Shown here: in pieces, positions 19,301 to 29,033 of the stretch
Layout of the letters: each line of letters begins with the position of its first letter
Position numbering within the stretch: the stretch's first letter is position 1
Assembly: GCA_035995645.1 (NCBI GenBank)
Contig: DASYKG010000082.1
Span: 14,205 to 78,204, forward strand
DNA: 64,000 bases
Origin: Solirubrobacteraceae bacterium
Lineage (GTDB): Bacteria > Actinomycetota > Thermoleophilia > Solirubrobacterales > Solirubrobacteraceae
Direction: 5' to 3'
Made by a program: the position numbers and the translations under genes
The notes under the pieces: generated by a model
What the model saw: the letters and a program-made list of their open reading frames with translations, nothing else
Told to the model about the DNA's origin: nothing
The model's database searches: none

Positions 19301-22300
19301 TGGACCATCGTCCACCTGCCGTTGACGAGCGAGCTGACGGCGAAGTAGCTCTGCGGATCCGACGGAGCGTCCCTGACCACAGCCTTCGTGCTGCCCAGCT
19401 GTTGCGCAGTCGCATCAGGTGTGTTCGGGAAATCGGTTTCTCGATCTGGTGTCTTGAAGACCTTGTATGCGGTAGCGCCGGGGACGGGGTCCCATTCGAG
19501 CGCAATCGCGCTTGCGTTGCGGCGGTGCCCTTTGATCGTGGGCGTTTCCCCAAGGCTGAGGACGCGGTCGTGAGTGACCAGCGAAGGGTGCAGTTCGACG
19601 TCGCCGCCGACCTTCTGGATGAAGGAACGCTTGAGGTCGACTTCTCCGGTTGCTTCTGGCACAAGGATGAATTCGCCGCTCCAAAAAGTCTCGCCCGGCC
19701 CTATTTCGCGCGTCGCGTAGGCGTTCTGCTGCGCGGGCTGCTCGATGTAGCCGTGTCGCCCTCGTTTCAGGAGTTCTATTTGGGGGTCGTAGACAGGCAC
19801 GTCGGCGACGTCCTTCATCCCCACCTTGACGTGGAATGGATAGCTGTCTTTTAGCTGCTTGTCCACGTCGACTGTCAGCTGTATCGCCGATGCGCCCCAC
19901 ACGTGGATCGGCGTCGTCGTCGCGGCGCTGAGGTTGAGGATTCGCCCGAACGGTTCGAGGCTGGCGGCATACGTCGCCGCGACGTTGTATTCGCCTTCGG
20001 TATCACCGCGCAGCACCCATTGCGCCGTCGCGCTCCCTTCGCCGGGGATGTCGGGCAGGCTCTGCGTGTAGGCCTGCTTGACGGCCGTCGGCGCAAGGCT
20101 CATTCCTCCCGGCACCGAGATCGTGGCGTGCCCGCCTGAGAGCGTAAACGGCGCGGGGGCGAGGTTGTCGACGATCATGCTGACGCTGAAGAATTCCTTC
20201 AGCCAGCTCGCCCTGAAGGGGATCACCAACGAGGAGAGGATCGGGGCTTCCGCGCCAGGCACAAACGTGACTGTCGTGAAGATCGTCGCTCCGCCCGCGT
20301 GCCATACACAAGTCGTCTTGCCGTCACAGCTACCACCGACGAAGCCTCCGCCGCCAATATAGCCTCCGAAGGCTCCCGCACCTCCACCAACGCCACCACC
20401 ACCGCCGCCCGCCGGCGCGAAGGGAACGACATTGATGTGCACGTCGAATTCGTAGACGTGCCTGTTCGCCGGGTCATTCGGATCGATGCCGGCGTCTTCG
20501 ATTTCCTTGAGGTTCATCAAGTGAGACGTAACGTGGGCCGTCGCGGTGTTGCCGGGCTTCAATTCGACCGTGCCTGCCCCTTCGTGGCCTTGGACGAGAG
20601 CGTGGGTGGCGGTCGGGATGTAGCTGGGCTTGTAAACGTAAGCCTCGTATTCGCCGTCGCCCAGCCCGTACAGATGTGCCTTGCCGTCAGCTCCGGAGAT
20701 GCCGCGGACGCGCGTGCCGTCGCCCAGGATCACGAGCACTTCCGCGCCTTCGAGCGGCGAGCCGCCCGATTCGACGTCCTCGACGTACCCTTCGCCACCC
20801 GGCTTCGGCAAAACGTGGATCGTCACCGAGGTCGAGTCGTGCCGCCCGGGAGCGCTGACGGTGAGGATCGCTTTGTAGTCACCGGGCGCTGCGTACGCGT
20901 GTTCGACGGTGCCACCGTCCGCTTCTTCACCATCGCCGAAGTTCCAACGGTAGCCCGCTATGCCGCGCAGCGGGCGAGAGTCTTCGCCGTCGAGCGTTAT
21001 CTTTTCGCCGGAGATCACGGTCTGGTCTTCCCCCGCCTTGGCCTTTAGCGGTTCGGGCAGCGTGACCGTGATCGTGCGCGTGATCACCACGTGTTCGTGA
21101 CCATCAGTCACGTCCAACCGCATCTCATAGACACCCGGTTCGTCGTAGGTGTGTTGGAACGATTTCGCAGGCAGTACGCCGCTCGCGCTGCTGCCGTCGC
21201 CGAATTGCAGCTGGTAGCCGAGACCGTCTTCGTCGGGGTCGGCCGCTTCGATCGTGGCGGTCGTCGTCAGCGGTGCCGGACCGGAATCGCCTGCTACCTG
21301 CAACGACGCGGTGGGCGGGCGGTTGACGATCGTGAAGGCGGCTTCGACGACCGGCGAGACGTTGCCGGCGGGGTCAATAGCTCGCACCTTGAAGCGATGT
21401 TCGCCGTTGGCGAATTCTTCGGCGAAGAAGTTCTCCCCGCCACAGTCGTGCCATTCGCCTTCGTCGACCGCGCACTGCATTTCCCCTGCCTCTGAGGATT
21501 CGTAGCCGAAGCCGAGGTTGCCGCTGTGCAGCGGTTCGCTCGGAGCTTTGGTGAGCGTCGCGATCGGTGGCGTCGTATCAAGGTCGAACTTCCGCGAGAC
21601 CGCAGGGGCTTCGGCCTGACCGAATCCGTTGACGGCGCGGACGAACAGCGTGTGTTCGCCGTCGGGCAGCCCCTCGAGCGTGAGCGGGCTCATGCATGGC
21701 GCGAAGTCGCCTTCGCTGTCCACCGAGCATTCGAGGCTCCCTTCTTCGGTGGCCGAGAAGACGAAGGGCCCTGCCGCACGAGTGCGGGGACCCGGCGCTT
21801 CAATGATCGAAGCTTCGATCCGCGCTTTCGCGCTGATCGGTGCGGTCGGGTCGGAGGTCGCGGCTTCACCGGTGCCAGCGGCGTTGCTCGCGGTTTCGCG
21901 CACGCGCAGCTCAAGGCCGACATCGGCATGCGCCACCTCGTAGCCGCTGCTCGTAGCTCCTTCGATCGCTTCGCAGGCTTCGCCGTGGGAGTCGCAGCGC
22001 AGCCAGCGGTATGCTCGACCCATCGGTTCGTTGCTCCAGCTTCCTGGGCCGGCATGCAGCTGACCGCCCTCGTGAGGCGAGCCTTCGACCTGTGGCGGAC
22101 TGATGTTCACAGGCACGGCAACGCTTACGAGCTCGGTCGGGGCGGAGACGGCGGGCTCGCTCGCACCGCCCGCGTTGACGGCCCGCTCCGTGACGACGAT
22201 CCTGTGCCCCACGTCTGCTTCACCGAGCGTGTAGCTCTGCGCTTCGGCTCCGCCGATCAGAGTGCAGTTCTCGCCGTTCGCATCGCAGCGTTCCCATCTG

Positions 22301-25300
22301 TAGGCGAACGATTCAGGGACGTTCGTCCATTCGTCGCGCACCTCGCTCAGCGTGGCGCCCTCCACCGCCCCTCCTTCGATCTCGGGAACGTGCAAGTTCC
22401 GAGGCGGCAGTGTGATCACCACGGCCGTCGCTTCGGAGATCGCCGGGTCGCTCGTACCGCCGGCGTTGCGAGAGAGGACTTCCACGCGCAGCTCGTGACC
22501 GACGTCGGCGTGGCCCGCCTCGTAGGTTTCCGCTTCCGCGCCATCGATAGCCGCGCAACCTTCGCCGCGGCTGTCACACCGCAACCAGCGGTAGGCGTAT
22601 TCCTTCGGTTCGTTCGTCCAGGCACCTTGCGAGCTCGACAGCAGGTGGCCTTCCTGCGGGGTCCCAGTCACAAACGGCGCGCTTTCCAGCTCGGGCCGCG
22701 CCGCCACGATTACATCGGTGGGCGACGAGGCGGCTGGTTCGCTTTCTCCCCCCGCGTTCGAAGCGATCTCCTGCACGGTGATCGCGTAACCAACGTCTGC
22801 GGCGGTAAGCCTATAGCCGGGAGCTTCGGCGCCCGGGATTGGCAGGCAGCTGGTCCCGAGCGCGTCGCACCGCTGCCAGCGGTAGGCATATTCGCTCGGT
22901 TCGCCGGTCCACCCACCGTGCTTCTCGCTGAGCATCTGACCCTGCGCGGCGCTTCCTTCGACCGCCGGTGCGGCAAGGGCGTGCGGCGGGAGCGGCAGGA
23001 CCTGCGCGCTCGGTTCGGACGTTGAGGCGCCCGTACCGCCGGCGTTGCGCACCGTTACTTCGACGGCGAGCTCGTGATCGACGTCTTCGTGGACTGGTTC
23101 GTAGGAGGCGGACGTAGCGCCAGCGATCGGCGAGCATGCATCACCCTGCGCGTCGCAGCGCAGCCAGAGGTACTCGTATTTGTCGGGTTCGTTCGTCCAC
23201 GAGCCGGTCGAGCTGCTCAGTTCGTGCGCTTCCTGTGCGACCCCCGAGATCTGGGGCGCTTTGACGACGACCGGCGATGAGGCGACGACCTGCGGTGTCG
23301 GCGGGGAGGGCACGAGCTGGCTGTAGCCGCCGGCGTTGTGCGCCCTCTCGGCGACCACGGTGGTGTGCCCGACGTCCTGGCCGGTCAGCTTGTAGGTCGA
23401 CGCGTTCTGACCGGAGAGCACTGAACATTCCTTGCCCGTGGCGTCGCAGCGCTCCCACTGGTAGGTGAAGCTGTCGGGTTCGTACGTCCATTCGCCGTGA
23501 TGCTCTTCGAGCGTGCCGCCTTGCTTGGCCACGCCCGTGACCGTCGGGGGCGCGATCGTCGCGGGAACGGGCGGCACGACGACGGCGGTCGGTTTCGAAT
23601 CGGCGGGTTCGCTGAGGCCGCCGGCATTTTCGGCGCGTTCCTCGAACTCGAGCCTGTGTCCTACATCAGCCGCGATGGGCGTGTAGGCGTCTTCGTTCGC
23701 TTTGTCGATGGCCGTGCACGACGCGCCTGCGCTGTCGCAGCGCAGCCACTGCAGCTTCCTCGTCGTCGGGTGGCGCGTCCAGCTGCCGTTTTCAGCCGTC
23801 AATGCCTGACCCTGCTGGGCAAAGCCGATGATCGTCGGCACGTGGATGCTCGTCGGTGGGAGCGGTAGCACGATCGCCGTCGGCCCCGATGTCACGCCTT
23901 TGCCGGCCCCGGCCGCGTTCGTGGCGCTCTCTTCCACCTCGAGCCTGCTGCCGACGTCGGCTTCCACGGGTTCGTAGGCCTGCGCGCTCGCGCCGCCGAT
24001 CGTCTGACATCCGAGCCCTTCGCTGCTGCAGCGGATCCAGCGGTAGGTGTAACCGGTCGGTTCGTGCGTCCACGTGCCGTGCACCTCGGCGAGCTTGTGG
24101 CCTTCCTGGGCCGAGCCCGTGACGCTGGGCGAGGCGGTCGCGACCGGCGGCGGGCTGATCAGGTCTGCGTTGATTTCGCTGGTTGTCGAGCCCTGCGTGG
24201 CGCTGACCGGATCGGCTTCCAGCTGGTTGAGTCGGTGGTCGTACCACTGCACGTTGTATTCGCTCGAGAAAGGGCTGAACTCGATGCGGTAGCTGCCCGT
24301 GGGAAGGCCCTGGGCCTTGTAGGTGCCGTTCGCTCCCGTCGCTGTCGATGTCGCATAGCTGCCGGTTTCTGCGTTGAGGACGTAGACGTTGATGCCGGAC
24401 AGCGCCGCTTTGCTGTTTGCGCTGCGCACGATGCCCGTGACGATCGCGCCTGTCGCGAGCGATGCGTCGATCCCGCCAGTCGTCGCGCCGAGCACAACCG
24501 CGACGTGTTGCCCTTCGGCGGCGTTGCGCTTGCCGGAATAGTACTGCCCGGCGTAGTTGAAACCGGCGTTTTCGAAATACACCGTGTATTCACCGGCAAG
24601 CAAGGCGGCGATCGTGTAACGGCCTTTCGCATCCGTGCGCCCGCAGTAGCTTTCAAATTCGCCGATTCGAGTGGCGCAGGCACGGATCTTTTCAATCGGG
24701 CCGCCGCCGGCCTGCGCGGTGACGGTCCCGGAGACCTCGCCGCCGAGCTGCATCGGGGCATTGATTCCGGCCACCGTTTCCCCTTCGTTCACTTCCAGTT
24801 GCTGAGCTTCCGAGGAGCGCGTCTTGCCCGGATACCACTGCAGCAGGTAGTTGAGCGCGTTTTCGAAGGGCGAGCGGAACTCGACCGCGTACTTGCCGGT
24901 GACCAAGCCCGCGAGCGTGTATGTGCCGTCGGCCGCCGAGCGAACGCAACCCGCGTAGATGAAGCCTTCGCGCATGGCACAGACTTCGATTCCAGCGAGG
25001 GGCGTGCTGCCGCCCGCGTCGGTGACCCTGCCCGTGACTTCGCCTCGCTGTCGCACAACCGCATCGATCGCAGACGTGCTCTCCCCTGCCGTCACCGACA
25101 CGGAATCGGCGTCTTCGAGGTTGTGCTCGCCGTTGTAGAAGGCTTCCGTGTAGGAGTAGAGCGAGAAGCTCACCTTGTACTGGCCGCTACCTAGGCCTAC
25201 GATCGTGTAAGCGCCGTGACTGTCGCTGTACGCGCAAAGCTGACGTTCTACTTCCGCCATCGCGTGTGCGCACGCGAGCACGTTGGACAGAGGCGTGCCG

Positions 25301-28095
25301 CCCGCATGGGACGTCACGTGACCGCTGATCGCGCCGCCCGGTTGCATCGCCGCGTCGATGCCGGAGGCGGCGCTTCCGAGGGCCACCGTTACCGGCTTCG
25401 CGGCCGCTAGCGTCGCAGCGCCTTCGAAGTACTGGCGGATGTAGTTCCCCGTGTTGTACTGCGGCTGGAAGCTGAGCTTGTATTCACCCGCCGGCAGGCC
25501 CTTGATCGCGTAGCTGCCATCCGCGGCGCTGAAGCCACAACGCTCGATCCCTTCGGCAACGGGAAGTGCGCACGCTTCAATCGAGCCAAGCCCGGAGCTC
25601 GTGCTCGCGTTCTTGACCGTGCCCGTGACGGCCCCGCCGAGAACGAGGTCCTCGTCGATCCCGCTCGTGGTCGCGCCAACCGCCACCGAGACCGGCTGGC
25701 TTTCCGCGAAGTTATCCGCGTCGTGGTAATAGCGCGAGAGATAGCCGCCACCGTAGTCGCTGAAATTAACCATGTACGCCCCGGCTTCCAGCCCGCCCAC
25801 GTGATAATGGCCTTCGCTGTCGGTGTGGCCGCAGGCGTGTGTTTCCGCTTCTGCCGAGTCCGCGCACACATCCACGCCGACGATCGGCGCGGCAGTGATC
25901 GCGTCGCGCGCCGTGCCGCTGATCGTGCTACCGCGCTGCAGGGGGGCGTTTACTTCGGACACCGCCCCTTCGTCCGGAACGGCGACGAGATCCGCTTCCG
26001 CGAGCCTACGCCTGCCCTCGTAGAACTGCTTGAGATGAACGTTGTCCTGCGGAAAGAAGGAAACCCTGTATTCGCCGGTCGGAAGGCCTGAGAGCGCGTA
26101 ATGCCCGCTGCTGTTGGTGTACGTCGAGTAGAAGCCGCCGTTGCTCAGCTGAGCTTGCACCTGCACACTCTGCACGCTGGCCCCGGACGTCGCGTCGGTG
26201 ACGGTACCATTGATCTGGCCGCCCGTCTTGAGCGCGGCGTCGATCCCGCTCGTGGTTGCCGGCGCGCCAACGGTCATTGTTTCGGCTTCCGTCGCAGTCG
26301 CGGCTCCGCGGTAGTACTGCGCGAGGTAAGAACCGACGTTCGGGGAGAACTGCACGCGGTATTCGCCTGAAGGGAGGGGGCGGATCGCGTAGTGGCCTGC
26401 CGCGTTCGTCTGCGCACACAGCCCCGGGAAGGACGTGATGTTGACGGCGCAAACGTTCACCGCGGCGAGCGGCGCGCCCGACGTCTTGCTGGTAACGGTG
26501 CCTTCGATCACGCCGCCCAGGACCAGCGCCGCGTCGACTCCTTGGGTCGTCCCGCCGGCCGTGACGGCGACACCGGCGGTCGAGGTCGCGACGTGCTGGC
26601 CGTCAACGGGATTGAAGTTGACGGTGTAAGTGCCTGTCGCGAGCCGCTGGACGGTGTAGCTCCCGTCGCTCGCAGTGCTCGCACACGATACGAACCCGCC
26701 CGCGAGCGGCGAGGCGCAGACGCTGACATGTTGGAGCGGCTGACCGGTGATTGACTCTGTGACGGCGCCGGTCATGCGGGCGCCCGTCTGCAGTTCCGCG
26801 TCCACGTGCTGCGTCGGCGATTCCGCTTTGACGGACAGCGGTTGTGCCTGCTGGAAGACGTCGGTGCTCTCGAAGTACTGTGGGATGTAGTTCCAGGAGC
26901 TTACGAATGACGGCCGGAACTCGACTACGTATTCGCTCGCGGCGAGGCCTTCGATCACATACGTGCCGTCGTGGCGCGTGGTCGTGCAAACCTGGTCGTA
27001 CTGATAGGAGACAGGCAGCGCGCATACTTCGATCGCTTCGAGGGCTTCGTGCCCGGACGCTGACGTGACGGCGCCTTCCAGCTTTCCCCCCGGAGACAGG
27101 ACGCCGTCGATGCCGCCGAGTGCGTTGGTAGCGCTCACTTCGACCGGTGTGCCTTCGGCGTACCTCGCCGAGACGTAATTGCCGCTGCCCTGGAAATACA
27201 CGTCGTAGAAGCCGCTTGCGAGCGACCCGATCCTGTAGCTGCCGTCGGTGTGCGTGCGGACGCAGTGCAAGTAGCTGTTGCCTTCGACTTCCCTGGCGCA
27301 CACCTGAATCGAACCGAGCGGATCGCCGGTGTCCTTCGCGGTGACCTTGCCTTCGATCTCGGCCGCCGGATCGAGCGCAGCGTCAATTCCAGCCACGGTC
27401 TTGCCCGCCACGACTTCGAGGGCTTGCGCATCTTCTTCGTTCGGCGCGCCGCCGTAGAACTGGGTCAGGTAGCTGAGCGGACCTTCCGCGGAGGTGGAGA
27501 ACTCGATGGCGTACTTGCCGGCGGCCAAACCGGTAAGCATGTAGCCGCCGCCCGCCCCGCTTTCCACGCACCGCCCTCGCGGCCCGATCGCGCAGACCTC
27601 AACCCCTTCGAGCCCTTTCGCGGTGACCTTGTCGCTGACGTGCCCGGTGACCCTGCCGCCAAGCTGGAGCTGCACGTCGATCCCTTTGGTCGTGGCGCCT
27701 TCCGCGACGAGCACGCTCTGTGCTTCTTCGTATTCGAAGCCCCCGTAGTACTGGGACAGGAGGTTCAGAGAACTTTCTTCCGGAACGAAGAAGTAGACGA
27801 GATAGGACCCTCCAGGCAAAGACGCAATCGAGTATTCGCCGTGGGGACCGGAGGTCACGCACGGTTCCCCCGGCACCCCCCCCTCGCGCGGCTCGGCGCA
27901 GACTTCAACGCCTTCAACGCCTTCATGCGTCGCCGCGGACGCCACAGTGCCGACGATCTGCCCTGGCGAGGCAGACGCGGCAGGCGCAGCCGTCCAAGTA
28001 GCCGCGATTGCAACGAGCGAAAGCGCAATAGTGACGACGACGCGCAGCCGACGCGCAGTGCTTCGAGCCAATACCCGCAAACGGCGCCTCTCCAC
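16354..28095 (-). CDS. Giant secreted multidomain protein (3913 aa): 13 carboxypeptidase-regulatory/CnaB-like repeats, 8 Ig-like repeats, PKD domains, SGNH/GDSL hydrolase
   Basis: Signal peptide ending AASA; repeats counted by eye in the translation; SGNH blocks GDSFSSGEG, GGNDV, FHPN; PKD motifs YRWNFGDG and YEWQFGDG. Confidence 0.88.
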   Translation of the reverse strand: MERRRLRVLARSTARRLRVVVTIALSLVAIAATWTAAPAASASPGQIVGTVASAATHEGVEGVEVCAEPREGGVPGEPCVTSGPHGEYSIASLPGGSYLVYFFVPEESSLNLLSQYYGGFEYEEAQSVLVAEGATTKGIDVQLQLGGRVTGHVSDKVTAKGLEGVEVCAIGPRGRCVESGAGGGYMLTGLAAGKYAIEFSTSAEGPLSYLTQFYGGAPNEEDAQALEVVAGKTVAGIDAALDPAAEIEGKVTAKDTGDPLGSIQVCAREVEGNSYLHCVRTHTDGSYRIGSLASGFYDVYFQGSGNYVSARYAEGTPVEVSATNALGGIDGVLSPGGKLEGAVTSASGHEALEAIEVCALPVSYQYDQVCTTTRHDGTYVIEGLAASEYVVEFRPSFVSSWNYIPQYFESTDVFQQAQPLSVKAESPTQHVDAELQTGARMTGAVTESITGQPLQHVSVCASPLAGGFVSCASTASDGSYTVQRLATGTYTVNFNPVDGQHVATSTAGVAVTAGGTTQGVDAALVLGGVIEGTVTSKTSGAPLAAVNVCAVNITSFPGLCAQTNAAGHYAIRPLPSGEYRVQFSPNVGSYLAQYYRGAATATEAETMTVGAPATTSGIDAALKTGGQINGTVTDATSGASVQSVQVQAQLSNGGFYSTYTNSSGHYALSGLPTGEYRVSFFPQDNVHLKQFYEGRRRLAEADLVAVPDEGAVSEVNAPLQRGSTISGTARDAITAAPIVGVDVCADSAEAETHACGHTDSEGHYHVGGLEAGAYMVNFSDYGGGYLSRYYHDADNFAESQPVSVAVGATTSGIDEDLVLGGAVTGTVKNASTSSGLGSIEACALPVAEGIERCGFSAADGSYAIKGLPAGEYKLSFQPQYNTGNYIRQYFEGAATLAAAKPVTVALGSAASGIDAAMQPGGAISGHVTSHAGGTPLSNVLACAHAMAEVERQLCAYSDSHGAYTIVGLGSGQYKVSFSLYSYTEAFYNGEHNLEDADSVSVTAGESTSAIDAVVRQRGEVTGRVTDAGGSTPLAGIEVCAMREGFIYAGCVRSAADGTYTLAGLVTGKYAVEFRSPFENALNYLLQWYPGKTRSSEAQQLEVNEGETVAGINAPMQLGGEVSGTVTAQAGGGPIEKIRACATRIGEFESYCGRTDAKGRYTIAALLAGEYTVYFENAGFNYAGQYYSGKRNAAEGQHVAVVLGATTGGIDASLATGAIVTGIVRSANSKAALSGINVYVLNAETGSYATSTATGANGTYKAQGLPTGSYRIEFSPFSSEYNVQWYDHRLNQLEADPVSATQGSTTSEINADLISPPPVATASPSVTGSAQEGHKLAEVHGTWTHEPTGYTYRWIRCSSEGLGCQTIGGASAQAYEPVEADVGSRLEVEESATNAAGAGKGVTSGPTAIVLPLPPTSIHVPTIIGFAQQGQALTAENGSWTRHPTTRKLQWLRCDSAGASCTAIDKANEDAYTPIAADVGHRLEFEERAENAGGLSEPADSKPTAVVVPPVPATIAPPTVTGVAKQGGTLEEHHGEWTYEPDSFTYQWERCDATGKECSVLSGQNASTYKLTGQDVGHTTVVAERAHNAGGYSQLVPSPPTPQVVASSPVVVKAPQISGVAQEAHELSSSTGSWTNEPDKYEYLWLRCDAQGDACSPIAGATSASYEPVHEDVDHELAVEVTVRNAGGTGASTSEPSAQVLPLPPHALAAPAVEGSAAQGQMLSEKHGGWTGEPSEYAYRWQRCDALGTSCLPIPGAEAPGYRLTAADVGYAITVQEIASNAGGESEPAASSPTDVIVAARPELESAPFVTGTPQEGHLLSSSQGAWTNEPKEYAYRWLRCDSRGEGCAAIDGAEAETYEAGHADVGHELRVEVLSRNAGGTSDPAISEATAVVITLPPRNLHVPEIEGGAVEGATLSEVRDEWTNVPESFAYRWERCDANGENCTLIGGAEAQSYTLGEADVGHRIVVTERAVNAGGASEPAVSAPTELVSVAVPVNISPPQVEGSPHEGGQLHAGPGSWSNEPMGRAYRWLRCDSHGEACEAIEGATSSGYEVAHADVGLELRVRETASNAAGTGEAATSDPTAPISAKARIEASIIEAPGPRTRAAGPFVFSATEEGSLECSVDSEGDFAPCMSPLTLEGLPDGEHTLFVRAVNGFGQAEAPAVSRKFDLDTTPPIATLTKAPSEPLHSGNLGFGYESSEAGEMQCAVDEGEWHDCGGENFFAEEFANGEHRFKVRAIDPAGNVSPVVEAAFTIVNRPPTASLQVAGDSGPAPLTTTATIEAADPDEDGLGYQLQFGDGSSASGVLPAKSFQHTYDEPGVYEMRLDVTDGHEHVVITRTITVTLPEPLKAKAGEDQTVISGEKITLDGEDSRPLRGIAGYRWNFGDGEEADGGTVEHAYAAPGDYKAILTVSAPGRHDSTSVTIHVLPKPGGEGYVEDVESGGSPLEGAEVLVILGDGTRVRGISGADGKAHLYGLGDGEYEAYVYKPSYIPTATHALVQGHEGAGTVELKPGNTATAHVTSHLMNLKEIEDAGIDPNDPANRHVYEFDVHINVVPFAPAGGGGGGVGGGAGAFGGYIGGGGFVGGSCDGKTTCVWHAGGATIFTTVTFVPGAEAPILSSLVIPFRASWLKEFFSVSMIVDNLAPAPFTLSGGHATISVPGGMSLAPTAVKQAYTQSLPDIPGEGSATAQWVLRGDTEGEYNVAATYAASLEPFGRILNLSAATTTPIHVWGASAIQLTVDVDKQLKDSYPFHVKVGMKDVADVPVYDPQIELLKRGRHGYIEQPAQQNAYATREIGPGETFWSGEFILVPEATGEVDLKRSFIQKVGGDVELHPSLVTHDRVLSLGETPTIKGHRRNASAIALEWDPVPGATAYKVFKTPDRETDFPNTPDATAQQLGSTKAVVRDAPSDPQSYFAVSSLVNGRWTMVHPMIGSDQVTPGEYPHIQVADESECGSSAVAGTATFTDPDFPLKKWAGVINGTTLSGGSLTGNLATASFAGTSTQGEVAPYTLTVESEEGAVTASPTTAVDSLGGCRATGLGDSFSSGEGNPPFEPETRGENPGENSCHRSEESAYLKIAAKRTHNLEVLNFKACSGAKTGAFWSPQESNTKAQSEEIAPGSNLVTLSMGGNDVYFADFLIGCIVDRVVNIPEVDLLPPCKAAAAPVVAALMPGLRSRLKGIYEAIAKTSGHPRVIVMGYPEIFPERAPGLSTKLTCDLISGTDIEYWHETVEDVNAEIEAAAHAAGAEFVNPNDYNGRRRFNGHDVCQGAPDSFFNPIISPIGPRGLVESFHPNKGGQEAMAEALEEEIANPQGTSQNLHTGENLTEKAVVTDLDAALNGVVRWPGSDVELRFKAPNGTTIDRGNIPAGVEHSLTGTSETYTIPDPEPGEWEVEAVGKQLAPSGEQVSLDTTVTPHHDKNPQAVFSNPSQRSGAPYLVEFNGGESVDPEGRALTYEWQFGDGTTASGSSTPHVYKHGGEYRPTLIVKTGDGRTNTTVGAPVFVTEAPNATSAPAIQGQAEVGAHLTCDKGRWAGYPSPTYAVIWDRDGTPTGTTGEDYLVSSADASHKIWCEVTASNEVGHSTERSEGIEIGKALAAPNIKLQPKDVTVPDGVQAVFTAGAEGNPVPVVRWQRSHAGGAYADIIGATSYSLVLGHVAVAESGDRFHAVFSNSQGEAVTEPAILAVRQQSRAPRWTGYCKKSKGKQECGLFPIGFTGSGGPVVMRVRNHKLSCKKLTSSGEVLETSVQANVVLMGCRVRPSNARCQSGIIPGEVRFMPSEDRLGYVERKRHFGYELGPAPNSPSGHGLAGLIATIHCGTQPAIRLEGGAIGTIRPANRLARSYLINFDAGVIVVAGQGARKREKLREYAQVPDAFVGEEPVKLIAWVGEEPLGAALDFSERLILAHRSMLEG

Positions 28096-28499
28096 TCCAG
28101 CCCCCAGTCTCGACGACCTGTCAGCGCGGCACCATACCTAAAATGGAATAAGTCTGTCTAGTCGAACTTGCTGTGACCGCGCATGGCGGCGACGGGTGCA
28201 CTTAGCTCGTGGCCGGATCCCTGTCGTCACGAATGCTCCCGAGCCCGACGCAAGTAGGTCGCGCCACAGCGTCAGGGGTGCGTCGCAATCTCGCTCTCGC
28301 GTGGGAGGCGTCCGGGTTGCTGCTCAACGAGACGCTCGAGTTGAACGAAAAGCGTGTGAGAGCGATCGTTACCAGCGCCATGAGCGACAAGCTCAGGTGC
28401 TTGCCGGGCAAGTCAGGCGTGCGCGAGGGCGCGCATCTGACTCACCGGGTGACGCCCAAGACGACTCAACGTCGCGTAGGACGAGGCGTGCCCATGCGT

Positions 28500-28717
28500 T
28501 CAGGGCGCGACGCTGACAGGCACGCGACCCGTTAGTCGATCGATCACGCCGCGGCGCAACGGCACCAACAGCAGCCCGGTGTCCTCTCCCCCGAGGACGG
28601 TCGCCTGCCCTTCGAGCTGTTCCTGCGCCGAGTGTGGCTGGCCGAGCAGCCGAGATCATCGTCGCTACGCGACGCCGCCATGAACAGCTCATCAGTCTTG
28701 TCGGTGATCTCGCTCAT
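28500..28717 (-). pseudogene. Small ORF (candidate antitoxin) frameshifted by a 41-bp insert
   Basis: ATG overlaps the upstream TGA (ATGA). Removing 28610-28650 gives an open 58-aa frame MSEITDKTDELF...DDLGQATVLGG...VSVAP. Confidence 0.5.
28610..28650. repeat. 41-bp exact inverted copy of 5747-5787 (inside the GNAT gene)
   Basis: CTTCGAGCTGTTCCTGCGCCGAGTGTGGCTGGCCGAGCAGC is the exact reverse complement of 5747-5787; identity stops on both sides. Confidence 0.95.
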
Positions 28718-29023
28718 TGCACATGCTCCTAGCCATGAACGATATCGCGCCACTCGCGCAGCAGCTTGAGTTCGGCGACGTGCATCACGTCATTTACAGG
28801 ACCATGCGTGACGGTGGGAGATTGCTTCTCCAGGCCGACGTATGCGTGCTCGTGGTGCTCGCCCGGACCGTGGGCATTGTCGAATGTGCGCACCGTGCAC
28901 CAGCGACCGTCCCGCAATACGAGGAGCACGATCGCGTACTCGACCGGGTGCTCGCTCGAACGCTCTACCCACGAGTTGCACGTCGGAACCCAAGAAGCGA
29001 CGTCGAGTCCGGTCCTTCGGCAT
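28714..29023 (-). pseudogene. DUF7718/TumE-like small protein (possible TA toxin) with frameshift and premature stop
   Basis: MPKDRTRRRFLGSDVQLV (+1 G) VERSSEHPVEYAIVLL...RTFDNAHG...HHEH. TAG at 28729 lies four codons before a TGA coupled to the next gene. Family name from memory. Confidence 0.5.
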
Positions 29024-29033
29024 CTTTGAGCCG

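Noticed and set aside
28200-28500. Possible ORFs between the giant gene and the TA-like cassette
   Set aside because: No frame shows recognisable motifs or a convincing start.
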